A stretch of 64,000 nt of DNA from a virus. The DNA is taken from the IMG/VR virus record IMGVR_UViG_3300037722_000409, positions 1 to 64,000 of that record, one strand, 5' to 3'. This document shows, piece after piece, positions 10,492 through 20,613 of this stretch (position 1 is its first letter; each line of letters starts with the position of its first letter). The translations under genes were made by a program, and so were the position numbers. A model generated the notes under the pieces. The model saw only the letters and a list, made by a program, of their open reading frames with translations. It was not told the origin of the DNA and did no database searches.

Positions 10492-10680
10492 GTGCCATAC
10501 TACGAGTACAAGTGCGCGGTGTGCCGCGAGAACTACGTGCTAAAGTTGCCGGTGGAGGGTCACGCCCGCGGGGCTTGTCCAAATTGTGGGGTAGTCGGGG
10601 ACCGTGTATTTACCGCTGTGCCAGTCCATTACAAGGGCGAAGGATTTTACGTAACCGACTATAAGCAGAAGGGCCGGTAG
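10492..10680 (+). CDS. FmdB-family zinc-ribbon protein
   Basis: MPYYEYKCxxC...CPxCG...FYVTDY. Confidence 0.85.
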   Translation: MPYYEYKCAVCRENYVLKLPVEGHARGACPNCGVVGDRVFTAVPVHYKGEGFYVTDYKQKGR

Positions 10681-10724
10681 CTCAAGGTATATACATTAAC
10701 GTAAACAGGGTATAAGATAGACAT

Positions 10725-11645
10725 ATGCTAGACGTGGGACAAATATTAGAGGGCTTAGGCATCGACGTGGTCGACGAGTTGGGTGACCGCTTCGTGTGCC
10801 GGTGTCCGTTCGGCAACCACGAGCACGAGGCTACACGCCCAGGATTCAGCGTCCGCCCAGTAGACATGGATGAGGCGATCTGGATCTGCTTCAAGGGGTG
10901 CGGGCAAGGCCGTCTGTTAGACCTGGTACGCAAGATTCAAAATGTAGACCACAACACCGCGCATCGTTGGCTCTTGCTGAACGGGGCCTCGGTAACTAGC
11001 GACCAACTGTTAGACGCTCTCACTCCACTCGTAAAAGACCGGGGGCGTGTGAACACCAGCGTGTTCTACGACGACTATAGCCGCCAAGACGCCTCTCGTA
11101 CCAGTCGGTACATCTTAGACCGAGGATTCACGCCTGCGACTATTAAGGCGTGGGGGTTTCGCTACGACGCCTCAGTGCCCGCCATCGTGATTCCCCTGCT
11201 CTCTAGAGACGGAGACCTGGTAGGGGTCTGCCGGCGAGAGGTAGTGGACGGAGCGCAGACACGAAAGTACCTGTACTCCCCAGGCTTCGAGAAGAGCAAG
11301 CACCTCTTCGGGGCGCAGCGGTACCAGAACAAGAACGGGTACGTGGTGGTGGTAGAGGGACCTCTCGACTGTGTGTGGCTGCACCAGTGCGGGATCACCG
11401 CAACGGTAGCCTTGTTGGGCGCGAGCTGTTCAGCGGCCCAAGTTCGCCTCATGGCCACCCTTGGAAGCCGCGTGATTCTTGCCCTCGACAACGACGCCGC
11501 GGGATATCAAGCTATGGCGAACCTAGAGGAGCAACTAGAAAAGTGGTTCAGCGTCGCGCGGGTAGAGCTACCCCCAGATGTTAAGGACGTGCAAGAGCTA
11601 AGCCTGACGCAAGTTCGCGAGATATTTGGAGAGTTAAATGAGTGA
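10725..11645 (+). CDS. dnaG: DNA primase (Zn finger + TOPRIM)
   Basis: CPF..H...CFKGC; KYLYSPG; VEGPLD; LALDNDAAG; KDVQE. Confidence 0.9.
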   Translation: MLDVGQILEGLGIDVVDELGDRFVCRCPFGNHEHEATRPGFSVRPVDMDEAIWICFKGCGQGRLLDLVRKIQNVDHNTAHRWLLLNGASVTSDQLLDALTPLVKDRGRVNTSVFYDDYSRQDASRTSRYILDRGFTPATIKAWGFRYDASVPAIVIPLLSRDGDLVGVCRREVVDGAQTRKYLYSPGFEKSKHLFGAQRYQNKNGYVVVVEGPLDCVWLHQCGITATVALLGASCSAAQVRLMATLGSRVILALDNDAAGYQAMANLEEQLEKWFSVARVELPPDVKDVQELSLTQVREIFGELNE

Positions 11646-11967
11646 AGAGAGCCTGAGAAACGACATGGACGTTCCAGAAGACGCGACTGACGGGCGCGTG
11701 ATACGCTTGGAGGTAACCGTTGATGGGCACCCTGAGAAGAGGGTCATCCTCGCCATGTGGCTCAAGTACGGCGAAGAAGACGTCTTTGAGAGCTTTAAAG
11801 CCGACCTGGCATCTCAGTACGCCAATGACGGGTACGCCGTCCTCTATCGTGAGGTGGCTCAGGCTGAGTTCGACTACGTACAGGCGGTGACAGCCTTGAC
11901 AACGTTTCCAACCTGGAACGAGCTGGTAAAGGCGAAGATGCTAAAGCCCATGGTGCACAGAAACTGA
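11638..11967 (+). CDS. Hypothetical protein
   Basis: ORF overlapping the primase stop. Confidence 0.6.
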   Translation: MSEESLRNDMDVPEDATDGRVIRLEVTVDGHPEKRVILAMWLKYGEEDVFESFKADLASQYANDGYAVLYREVAQAEFDYVQAVTALTTFPTWNELVKAKMLKPMVHRN

Positions 11968-12014
11968 GTATAATACATCGAGCGACAAAAACGACAACAT
12001 AACACGAGGTATAG

Positions 12015-12623
12015 ATGACAATAAAGACACGACAGAGCGTAAAGAACACCAAGACCTCCACTCTCCGCACCGTCTCCCAAGATGAATTTGATACCGCTGT
12101 CGCGCAGTGGTATCCCAAGATAGTCAAGTTCGCGACCAACCGAATTGCCTTTCTTGACTGGGACGACAAGATTCAAGAAGCCCAGCTCGTCTTGTACAAG
12201 TGCTTGCAGCGCTTTGAGACCGGCCACGGCGCTATCTTTCACACCTACTTTCACCGTGCACTGTTCAACCGTGCAGGCGTGCTTGCTCACCGCCCGTTAA
12301 AACACAACGAAGACCCGATGAAGGTCACGTACCTTGGTGAGATGGACGCCGCCGCTAGCGAAGAGAACGGGCGCGCCTTCACGGCGGAACGACAAGCCGC
12401 TAGCTTCGACTTTAGCACCTCTGTAGTTTTTGAGGTACAAAGCTGGGGCTTCACGGGTGCCGAGATACCGTATGTCTACGGGGTCTTGCTGAACAAGCTT
12501 ACCCTGAAGGAGTGCGCCACTCTGTTTGACCTCGACGTCGAGGTTCTAAAAGGCGCCAAGGAAACCGTCAAAGAAAAACTGGCTCAATTAAAAGAGGAGG
12601 TCACAGCATGGCAGGGCAAATAG
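12015..12623 (+). CDS. Sigma-70/ECF-like RNA polymerase sigma factor
   Basis: Region 2-like DKIQEAQLVLYKCLQRFE...FHTY; region 4-like HTH LTLKECATLFDL. Confidence 0.7.
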   Translation: MTIKTRQSVKNTKTSTLRTVSQDEFDTAVAQWYPKIVKFATNRIAFLDWDDKIQEAQLVLYKCLQRFETGHGAIFHTYFHRALFNRAGVLAHRPLKHNEDPMKVTYLGEMDAAASEENGRAFTAERQAASFDFSTSVVFEVQSWGFTGAEIPYVYGVLLNKLTLKECATLFDLDVEVLKGAKETVKEKLAQLKEEVTAWQGK

Positions 12624-13597
12624 TCACGGGATTTAATAACATGAACCGGCGCTCGGAGCAGCGGTCTCAAGGCAACGGTGGGGACTTCATCCGGTACGTC
12701 AGCCTGAAAAACGACGGGGACATGGTGTTATTCCGGCTAGTTACCGAGAGTGACGCCCAGTACGGCACCCAGTCTGGAGTGCCCCACCTGTTCATACAGG
12801 GTGAGTTTCACCGGGCCACCGGGCAGACCAAGACTGGAAAGACCTTCTACCGAGATGAGCTCTGCGGAATGAGCTTCGACGAAGGCGCCAACCAGTGGGT
12901 CGGTGAGTGCAAGTTCTGCAGCGACCCCGAGAACAGAGCACGTACCCAGTTCTTTGCCTGGGCCTACGTCTACGCCTTCTATCACAAGCAGCAGGACACG
13001 CGCTACATTCCTGGGGACTCGTCCACCGAGAAGTTCAAGAGGAAGCAGGTACGACGGGGCACCGAGGCGTACTTCAAGGAAGACGTCAACCAGTACTGCA
13101 TCTGGCAGGACGGGTACTTCATGCTCCAGCTCGTGCAGGGAAAGGTTGCGCGGTTCGGAGTCTTGTGTGACCGCGACTACATGGTGACTCGGCACGGGGT
13201 AGCTCGCAGCTCCTCGACCCGGCGGGTCCTGGATGACATGGCTCCGACCCCTATGGCCCAAGAGATCCGAGATGGCGCCTCCGCTCTTCCCACCTTGGCC
13301 TCGGTCGCCTCTAACGAGGTTCGTACCTTAGGTGGAAAGTCTACCGAAAAGCAGATTCCTGACACGGTCGACCTGAACACGCTGCCTGACGAGCTGATGC
13401 TCGGCACCGCCGTTCCTGGGTTCAGCGACAGCGCTACCGACGTTGATGAGTCTCTGGAGCTTTTCACGACCTTGACCGTTCCTGACGAGCTGGAGGACAT
13501 GGCGAGCTCAGTATCTGGATCGTCCGAGCTAGACGACATCTTCGGCGACCTGGAAGCCATGGCCGACCTCAGTAACGAGGAGATTGACAGTGAGTAA
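12608..13597 (+). CDS. Phage ssDNA-binding protein (gp32-like)
   Basis: Zn ligands H..C..CxxC, DRDYMVTRHG, long acidic C terminus; replication context. Confidence 0.6.
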   Translation: MAGQIVTGFNNMNRRSEQRSQGNGGDFIRYVSLKNDGDMVLFRLVTESDAQYGTQSGVPHLFIQGEFHRATGQTKTGKTFYRDELCGMSFDEGANQWVGECKFCSDPENRARTQFFAWAYVYAFYHKQQDTRYIPGDSSTEKFKRKQVRRGTEAYFKEDVNQYCIWQDGYFMLQLVQGKVARFGVLCDRDYMVTRHGVARSSSTRRVLDDMAPTPMAQEIRDGASALPTLASVASNEVRTLGGKSTEKQIPDTVDLNTLPDELMLGTAVPGFSDSATDVDESLELFTTLTVPDELEDMASSVSGSSELDDIFGDLEAMADLSNEEIDSE

Positions 13598-13931
13598 GAT
13601 AACGGTCAGCCTGGGCGTGACCTTGTGTACCGACCCTGAGACACGGAACTTCCTACGGGTCGGCATAGAAGCCAATGACATCGACACTGACGGGGACGTG
13701 GAAGCGCAAGCCCAAGCGTCCCTGGTCGCCTCCCTTAAGGTGATCAAGGTCTTGGACGATGGCCTTAAGGAAGCCATCACCGACATCATCATGGACTCAG
13801 ACAAGCCCGGCCTGATGAAAGACACCTTGGCGGCACATGAGGACAAGTTGACCCGTGTAGCCCGCGTGCTTCACAGCGTGTCGGCCCGGATAGCTGAGCT
13901 TGAGACGAAGTTGGTGCCCCACGATGCGTAA
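13590..13931 (+). CDS. Hypothetical protein
   Basis: ORF in operon. Confidence 0.6.
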   Translation: MSKITVSLGVTLCTDPETRNFLRVGIEANDIDTDGDVEAQAQASLVASLKVIKVLDDGLKEAITDIIMDSDKPGLMKDTLAAHEDKLTRVARVLHSVSARIAELETKLVPHDA

Positions 13932-14322
13932 CGTGGACGAGTGCTTCGCGCACCAGGTAGAGTTCAGCGACGTGGTGCTAGCGCACAAGGGCGTCATCTC
14001 TAAAGACATGACCCGTGAGCAGCTCATCGACTGGACCGAGTATAATCTATTTAACGTGGTCAAGGAAGCTTGCGAGGTGACTGGAAACTACGAGTGGAAG
14101 CGGCACCGGGCGTCTAAAGGTGCACATGACATCCCCGCGGTAATCGACGAGCTGGTGGATGTTCAAAAGTACCTCTGGAACGTCTTTGCGCTCTGGGGCG
14201 TCCGCACACCTGAACAATTCACCACGGCGTTCGCCAAAAAGTCTGGAGTGGTTCTCGACCGTTGGGCGTCTGAAAAGGAGCAAGTTCTTGCCGACAATAC
14301 AGACACGCACGCATCTCGATAA
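13924..14322 (+). CDS. All-alpha NTP pyrophosphatase (dimeric dUTPase/dCTPase/MazG superfamily)
   Basis: ExxE (KEACEV), WKRH, DELVDVQKY motifs. Confidence 0.75.
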   Translation: MRNVDECFAHQVEFSDVVLAHKGVISKDMTREQLIDWTEYNLFNVVKEACEVTGNYEWKRHRASKGAHDIPAVIDELVDVQKYLWNVFALWGVRTPEQFTTAFAKKSGVVLDRWASEKEQVLADNTDTHASR

Positions 14323-16129
14323 GCTGCTTAAGTTTGTCCGAGAGGCCAAGGTAGTCATCGTTGACACGGAGACAACCGGCCTAAAGCCGTGGGAAGATGA
14401 CCGCCTTATCGGAATAGGCATCGGCCTGGAGGCCAAGCACGAGTTCTACCTTCCGTTTCGGCATGACGCTGGGCTCAACCTGTCCATAGAGTGGTTACCG
14501 GAGGTCCTGGACGCTCTAGCTCAGGCTGGTACCTTAGTCGCCCACAATATCAAGTTTGACCTGGCGATGCTCTACCAAGATGGGTACAGAGCACCTGTCA
14601 CTCAACGGTTTGAGGACACCATGTCAGCCGCTCGGCTGTGCGAGCCAGACCGCTATGCTAAGCTCGGTCTGACTCCTCTTCTGGAAAAGTACCTAGGGGC
14701 TGAGTACGCCGCGTACGACCACGAGTTTGTCGCGGCCTTGCGGGCCCTTAAGCTCACCAAGAGGACTATGCAGGCGTCCCCTATCGACCTCTGCGGCAAG
14801 TACTGTGAAAACGACGTGCAAGGAACGCGAAGCTTGCGCCAGATATTTAACCGTATCTTGCGGGAGACGGAGCAGTGGTCGCTCTGGCAGCAAGAGGTAG
14901 ATACCACGCGCGCCTTGTGGGAAATGGAGGCCACCGGTGTCGGGTTCAACAAGGTGTATGGTGAGTACATTGTCCCCATCCTCGAGCAGAAGATCGAGCT
15001 CATAAAGGGCGAGCTAAACACCTTGGCGGGGCAAGAGTTCAACCCGAACTCTACACCACAACTCGGAAAGGTGATGGCCAACCTAGGCCTACACTCGCCT
15101 AAGACAGGAAAGTCAGGGGCGGCGTGCTGGGAAAAAGAAGTGCTAGAGCTCTTCGAGCACAAGCACCCCCTGCCAAAGAAGCTTTTGGAGCTCCGCAGCA
15201 TTCAAAAGGTCTGCGGTACCGACATTCGTCCCAGGCTCGAGCGCGGGTTAGACGTGCTGCATGAGGAGATAAAGCCGTTCGGCGCTATCACCGGCCGTAT
15301 GTCCTCAGGGTTGCACACCTTTCCACGTGACGGCATCATGGTTCACGACGAGGTGGTGTCTCCGCGTAACCTAATTATCCCCCGCGACGGCTACGACCTA
15401 TACTTCGCGGACTACTCTCAAATGGAGATGCGGGTGTTCGCCGACTACATGGGTGACCCGGGCCTATTGAAGAAGATCGAGGCTGGGGGTCTGGACTACC
15501 ACGACCTGGTCGCCAAGGAAGTCTGGCACGTTGACGAGAGTGATCCTGACTGGAAGGAGTTTCGCCGCAAAGCCAAGGCCATCAACTTCGGACTGGTGTA
15601 CGGAATCGGCGACAAGAAGCTATCCGCAGACCTTGGAGTTTCACTCTCAGAGGGTCGAGAGTACAAGCGTGAGTACTTCGAGCGGATGCCTCGCGCTGAG
15701 CCGTTTATCCGAATGGTCGGAAAGATCGCGGAAGCACGAGGCTACGTGCGCAACAGGTTTAACCGACGGTACTGGATAGACCCTCACCGCGTCTACGTGG
15801 CCGTTAACTACCTGGTGCAAGGCACGAGCGCGGACCTCATGAAGAACCGGATCGTCGCCATACAGAACTACATCTGGGCCAACCGTCTTAAGTCACGCAT
15901 GCTGCTCCAGGTGCACGACGAGGTCATCTTCGAGGTTCACAAGAGTGAGACCCAGTTCTTCGTAAAGAAGGTCCACGCGCTCCTTGAAGAGCGACTACTC
16001 ACCGTCAAGCTGGCGGTCGACATCTCTATAGGCAACCCCGGGTGGGGCAGCAAGCTGGAGCTCGCGTGGTGCTCTACTCAGGACCGGTATCACTCGAAAA
16101 AAGAACACCGTGAGCTATGTGTACACTAA
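14288..16129 (+). CDS. polA: Family A DNA polymerase with 3'-5' exonuclease (no 5'-3' exonuclease)
   Basis: DTETTG, HNIKFD, YCEND; motif A ADYSQMEMR, motif B RRKAKAINFGLVYG, motif C VHDE; TTG start after AAGGAG. Confidence 0.95.
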   Translation: MPTIQTRTHLDKLLKFVREAKVVIVDTETTGLKPWEDDRLIGIGIGLEAKHEFYLPFRHDAGLNLSIEWLPEVLDALAQAGTLVAHNIKFDLAMLYQDGYRAPVTQRFEDTMSAARLCEPDRYAKLGLTPLLEKYLGAEYAAYDHEFVAALRALKLTKRTMQASPIDLCGKYCENDVQGTRSLRQIFNRILRETEQWSLWQQEVDTTRALWEMEATGVGFNKVYGEYIVPILEQKIELIKGELNTLAGQEFNPNSTPQLGKVMANLGLHSPKTGKSGAACWEKEVLELFEHKHPLPKKLLELRSIQKVCGTDIRPRLERGLDVLHEEIKPFGAITGRMSSGLHTFPRDGIMVHDEVVSPRNLIIPRDGYDLYFADYSQMEMRVFADYMGDPGLLKKIEAGGLDYHDLVAKEVWHVDESDPDWKEFRRKAKAINFGLVYGIGDKKLSADLGVSLSEGREYKREYFERMPRAEPFIRMVGKIAEARGYVRNRFNRRYWIDPHRVYVAVNYLVQGTSADLMKNRIVAIQNYIWANRLKSRMLLQVHDEVIFEVHKSETQFFVKKVHALLEERLLTVKLAVDISIGNPGWGSKLELAWCSTQDRYHSKKEHRELCVH

Positions 16130-16566
16130 ATAACTACTGCCAATGTGGCTGCGGAGCTGTGGTAAAAAAGAGATTTGTGCACGGGCACACCTGGAAGGGG
16201 AAAAAACTGCCTGAGAAAACCAGGGCAAAGATACGCACCAGCCTCATGGGCCACACGAACTCTGACGAGGCCAAGGCGAAGATGAGTATCAGCCACACGA
16301 GCCTTACGCCTTCTGAGGAAACTCGAGCAAATATGGGCGCAGCCCGAAAAAGAAACTGGGACAGTATTACGCCGGCTTTAGGAAGTAAGCAAAATAGTAA
16401 TAAAATTACCGAATTGCAGTTTTGGGGTCTTGTGGTCCTGCAAAAAGCGAGATGCTGGATGTGCTTGTACCCTTTAGCGGAGAGGGGCTCAATTGTCGTT
16501 GACCACGATCATGAGACCGGAGTTGTTCGAGGGATTGCTCATAGGATTTGTAACTTAAACTGGTAA
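16117..16566 (+). mobile_element. Free-standing homing endonuclease (NUMOD3-like repeats + endonuclease VII-type HNH), possibly truncated
   Basis: CQCGCG, repeated S/PEETRAKM, CWMC...VDHDHETG.VRG..H..CN; visibly AT-richer than flanks. Confidence 0.7.
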
Positions 16567-16597
16567 CGAATTTTTAATATAAAAGAGGGGTGCAACA

Positions 16598-17725
16598 TTG
16601 GCCGCTAAAGCGAAAAAGACAGAGCAGAGTTCCGCGCCAAAGAGCGAACACGAGAAGTTGGCTGACATCCTCAAGCTAACCCAGGAGTCTCTAAAAGACA
16701 AGACACGGGCTCTCTACGGCAATGACCCCCGGCTCGTCATGGACACCGTCTCCACCGACGTCATGGAGCTTGACCGGGTACTTGGTGGTGGATGGCGACG
16801 TGGCCGCTTCGGCATGGTCATCGGCGAGGCCAGCATGGGCAAGACCCTGGTCACCCAGTGGACCATCGCCGCGTTCCAGAAACGCGGTCTGGTGTGCGGG
16901 TTCATAGACCCAGAGCACACCTTTGACTCGGCGTGGTTCGAGAAGACCGGCGTCAATACCAGCAAGCTTATCGTGTTTAGGCCCGAGCACACCGAGCAGG
17001 CCTTCGACATGGCCAGTAAGTGGGTGGAAAACGGCATCGACCTGGTGGTCATGGACTCCGTGGCCGCGCTGGTTCCCAAGATGCGGGCTGAGTTTAGCCT
17101 GGAAGAGCGAGAGGTCATCGGACTCTCTGCGCGAAAGATCGGCGAAGGCATGATGCAGTTGAACAATGTCAACAAGGACAGCTTCGTCCTGTTCACCAAT
17201 CAGATGCGAAGTAAGGTCGGCGTGATCTACGGCAGTCCTGACACCATTCCCGGCGGCAAGGCTCAACGGTTCATGATGTCCTACATCGTGCACGTACGAC
17301 GAGGTGGCTGGCTCCCTGACAACAAGGACAAGCAAGGCTACGAGCTGAAGTTCATCACCGAGAAGAACAAGGTGTGTCCCCCCTTCATGGAAGGGTCTGT
17401 CCCCTTCATGTTTGATGGACACATCGACGTTATCGGTGGGCTCATAGAACTGGCCAAAGAGTTCGAGTGCGTGAACAGCAAGAGTGGGTACTTCCGCTGG
17501 GACGACCAGGTCCTGCACGGGGCCGCTTCCTTTAAAGCGTACCTCGAAGAGAACCCAGAGTCTCGTGCGCGCCTCGAGGCACTGGTGAAGGCGGCCATGG
17601 CAGCCACGCCTGGGGTCGAAGACGAGACCGACTTTCCAGAGTTGGACGAGGAGCTGAACGTACGGCTTCCGGACCAAGCTGAGTATAATGTAGAAGAAGA
17701 CCTCGCCGACCTGATCAAGGAATAA
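16598..17725 (+). CDS. recA: RecA/UvsX recombinase
   Basis: LDRVLGGG, GEASMGKT, FIDPEH, VMDSVAAL, FTNQMR, PGGKA, KNKV.PPF. Confidence 0.95.
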   Translation: MAAKAKKTEQSSAPKSEHEKLADILKLTQESLKDKTRALYGNDPRLVMDTVSTDVMELDRVLGGGWRRGRFGMVIGEASMGKTLVTQWTIAAFQKRGLVCGFIDPEHTFDSAWFEKTGVNTSKLIVFRPEHTEQAFDMASKWVENGIDLVVMDSVAALVPKMRAEFSLEEREVIGLSARKIGEGMMQLNNVNKDSFVLFTNQMRSKVGVIYGSPDTIPGGKAQRFMMSYIVHVRRGGWLPDNKDKQGYELKFITEKNKVCPPFMEGSVPFMFDGHIDVIGGLIELAKEFECVNSKSGYFRWDDQVLHGAASFKAYLEENPESRARLEALVKAAMAATPGVEDETDFPELDEELNVRLPDQAEYNVEEDLADLIKE

Positions 17726-17726
17726 G

Positions 17727-18074
17727 ATGCCCCTTCTACAACCAGAACCAAAGACCACGATGACCGAGGGTCACCAGCGGCTGGGTAAGCTGCTGGCTGA
17801 CCTTGGTTTCGTGCCTGAGGACGAGGTTCCATTTGGTCCGTACACGGTTGACTGCTACATAGAGTCTCTTCACGTAGCGTTTGAATACGACGGTCCGCAG
17901 CACTCGGTAACCCGCGACAAGAAGCGTGACGCTTACTTATTCGCGCGGCATGGCCTGCCAGTTATCCGTGTCACCGAGATGGACCCTGACGAGATGCTCC
18001 GAGAAATGTGCTATATGTTGCTGGTCATCTGGCGCGACTCAGCTTCAATACGACAAGGCCTAAGTAAAGGCTAA
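17727..18074 (+). CDS. DUF559/Vsr-like endonuclease
   Basis: GPYTVDCY...FEYDGPQH...DKKRDAYL...VIRV. Confidence 0.8.
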   Translation: MPLLQPEPKTTMTEGHQRLGKLLADLGFVPEDEVPFGPYTVDCYIESLHVAFEYDGPQHSVTRDKKRDAYLFARHGLPVIRVTEMDPDEMLREMCYMLLVIWRDSASIRQGLSKG

Positions 18075-18085
18075 AGAGAGGTATC

Positions 18086-18949
18086 ATGGCTGGTGGACTA
18101 TTAAGCCTTAGTGGGGGCGGCAAGCGCCCGCCCAAGCCGACAGCAAAGACTATCGCTGGGGTGGCTTCCAAGAAGATCGCCCTTCCTAAGGGGGCGCTCG
18201 GTCAAACATGGCTCCGTACCGGACTGACCGCGATGCGGGAGGACAAGCGGACCATGTGGGGAGATATCCGAACCACCTGGCGTCCTAGCAGCATGGGGGA
18301 GCAGTGCGACCGCAAGTCCATTCTGAGCATGTACGGCTACCGCGGAGATCCCATTAGCCACAAGCTTGGGCGCATCTTCTCCATGGGTAACGCTGTTGAG
18401 GACATCTGGCGTGCGGACTTTCAGAAGATGGGCGTGCTGGTGCAGGCGAACGTCCGCATTCAAGATCCAGGACCTCCCGCCATCAGTGGTGAGTGCGACG
18501 CCATCTTGCAGCACCTTTACGAGCCTGGCCGCAAGCTCATTGCCGAGATAAAGTCGATCAACTGCAACGGCTTCAAGCAGCTACCTCCATTGACGCTCGA
18601 TCCCGAGATGAACTTCCAGGGACTCATGAACATAGGTGGGTCCCTCAATGGACGGGTCAGAGGCTACATGATCCAGCTGCAGAACTATATGCGCTTGTTC
18701 AAGATCCACGAGGGCATGCTACTGTTTGACTGCAAGTGCAACTCAGACTACAACGACTACGGCTTGGTCTACCATCCAGAGCTGGTGGAGGTAAACCAGA
18801 ACCGCTTGGTCCGGCTAGACGACTATCGGGGCAAGCTTATGGTTCCCCCGTGCACGTGTGCTGGAAAGCACGACGGCCTGTGTATCTACCGGCCCGAGGA
18901 CACCGTCTCCTTGGAGGAGATGAAGATCTTTACCGAGGACATCATATGA
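18086..18949 (+). CDS. PD-(D/E)xK Cas4-like exonuclease
   Basis: RPSS..CDR, SGECDAIL, AEIKS, IQLQNYM, C-terminal Cys cluster. Confidence 0.75.
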   Translation: MAGGLLSLSGGGKRPPKPTAKTIAGVASKKIALPKGALGQTWLRTGLTAMREDKRTMWGDIRTTWRPSSMGEQCDRKSILSMYGYRGDPISHKLGRIFSMGNAVEDIWRADFQKMGVLVQANVRIQDPGPPAISGECDAILQHLYEPGRKLIAEIKSINCNGFKQLPPLTLDPEMNFQGLMNIGGSLNGRVRGYMIQLQNYMRLFKIHEGMLLFDCKCNSDYNDYGLVYHPELVEVNQNRLVRLDDYRGKLMVPPCTCAGKHDGLCIYRPEDTVSLEEMKIFTEDII

Positions 18950-19473
18950 CCACAAGCTCTGAGTCTCTCCAAGAACCCCAACAGACGGTGTGGGACCGTA
19001 TAATCACCCAAGCCCGGCAACGCTTGGTGAGCGTCGGCTATCCGATTCCCGTTAAGCCCAAGACCCCGATAAACGACCTTCAGCTTCCCGAAGACGTCGA
19101 GGCCTTGAATCCTATACAGCTGGCCAACCTACTCATGCGGTTGCAAGCGTGGTACGCCTACAGCACCGCCCAGCTGGCCTTCGCCAGGGCGGAGCTTCAC
19201 GCCTTCGACGAGTACTTCTCGATCGAGCTTGGTGACAAGATGAACTCCCTCGCCTCCCTGACTGAGGGACGCCCCACCAAAGACGTGTTGAAAGCACTGG
19301 CTCTCAAGACCACCGCGGTTGGGGCCATGTTTACCCGCAAGCTCGGGTTGGAACAACGAGCGGAGCTCATTGAAGGAATGGTTCAGAGCCTCAGCATCCA
19401 GTGCAAGGCCCTGACCACGGAGCAAATTCGACGACACGCCGCACAAAAATTAAGTCACGGAGAGAGCTTCTAA
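18946..19473 (+). CDS. Helical protein, possible UvsY-like recombination mediator
   Basis: Coiled-coil ORF after RecA and nucleases; inference from context. Confidence 0.4.
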   Translation: MTTSSESLQEPQQTVWDRIITQARQRLVSVGYPIPVKPKTPINDLQLPEDVEALNPIQLANLLMRLQAWYAYSTAQLAFARAELHAFDEYFSIELGDKMNSLASLTEGRPTKDVLKALALKTTAVGAMFTRKLGLEQRAELIEGMVQSLSIQCKALTTEQIRRHAAQKLSHGESF

Positions 19474-20555
19474 TGGCAAGAACAGCACTAGGATGCCACA
19501 TCTATTCTGGCGGCTTTACTATCGGCATGGAGAAGAACTTCGAGATCATCGGACAGTTGGAAGAGGGCCCGTGGGGCGCCAAGACGTTTGACCTGAACTA
19601 CCCCAGTGTGCCACACCCACTCAATAAGGCCGAGTGGGACATTCCAAACTACAAGAACTTTGTCAACGTCGTCTACGCCAATCCCCCTTGCGCGTGCTGG
19701 AGCGCCATCGGTGCCCGGCTTGGAAAGGCTGACCCACGCCTCCAGTTTACCTACAACTCCGCTAACCTGGCCTTGGCGGTAGAGCCCCAGTTTTTCGTGG
19801 TGGAAAGCGTGTGCCGCGCCTGGACTGCTGGTCGTGAGGTGTACGAAGAGATAGCTGAGCAGTTTCGGCAGAAGGGATACGCGATCACGTTCTTGCTGAC
19901 CAACGGTATACTGCACGGGTCGCCGCAGTCACGAGAGAGGTTTCACCTCATCGCCCACAAGTACGCCTTACCCTTAGAAACACCAGCGATGCCCGCACAC
20001 ATGCCCACGGTAATGGAGCTCATCGGCGACCTGGCCGGCACACACGCTTGGCTTGGTGAAGGAGCTTCTTCTGCACTGAACCACGTGGTACGGCGTCCGA
20101 CCGACATGGAGGTGGAAGTCTACAAGCGACTTACCGCTAGCGGCAACTACAGCAAGATCGTGGAGGAGCTCAATGCCGCTGGTGTCCCGGCACGTAAAGG
20201 ACGATTGTTAAACGGCCGATTGTACGCCGACGCGTACTCTCGGACACTCGTTGACTTGGGCTGCGTGATTCACCCGACCGAGAACCGCTTGATTACCCTT
20301 CGTGAGGGCGCCCGCTTGTGCACCTACCCAGACACCTTTGAGTTCGCAAGCGACTCTAAGAACCGTGAGTTTGGCGTGGCAGCCACTGATGTTACCCAGG
20401 CGGTGATGCCTGCCATGGGAGCTTTCTTCAGCGACTTGTTTGCACAGGCCATGGACAACGAGGCTCCCGCCTCAGGTACCCAAGAGATCGACTGGCGGTC
20501 CATAGCACGTCCGTTCACCCCAGGCCGGTACGCTCGAACTATGGGGTGGCGCTAA
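19473..20555 (+). CDS. Divergent C5-cytosine DNA methyltransferase-like protein
   Basis: Motif I IYSGGF, IV NPPC, VI ESV (normally ENV), [34 protein letters not shown]. Confidence 0.8.
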   Translation: MARTALGCHIYSGGFTIGMEKNFEIIGQLEEGPWGAKTFDLNYPSVPHPLNKAEWDIPNYKNFVNVVYANPPCACWSAIGARLGKADPRLQFTYNSANLALAVEPQFFVVESVCRAWTAGREVYEEIAEQFRQKGYAITFLLTNGILHGSPQSRERFHLIAHKYALPLETPAMPAHMPTVMELIGDLAGTHAWLGEGASSALNHVVRRPTDMEVEVYKRLTASGNYSKIVEELNAAGVPARKGRLLNGRLYADAYSRTLVDLGCVIHPTENRLITLREGARLCTYPDTFEFASDSKNREFGVAATDVTQAVMPAMGAFFSDLFAQAMDNEAPASGTQEIDWRSIARPFTPGRYARTMGWR

Positions 20556-20613
20556 AAGGTGTCCCCCCAAAACTGGGTATAATAGAACTAACAGCATATT
20601 TGGAGGTCAGGCA

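Noticed and set aside
16691-17758. 355-aa minus-strand ORF
   Set aside because: Antisense shadow of recA; no motifs. The same applies to the other minus-strand ORFs in the track.
18086-18949. Cas4-like gene as evidence of CRISPR-Cas
   Set aside because: No array or other cas genes; solo Cas4-like nucleases are common in phage recombination modules.
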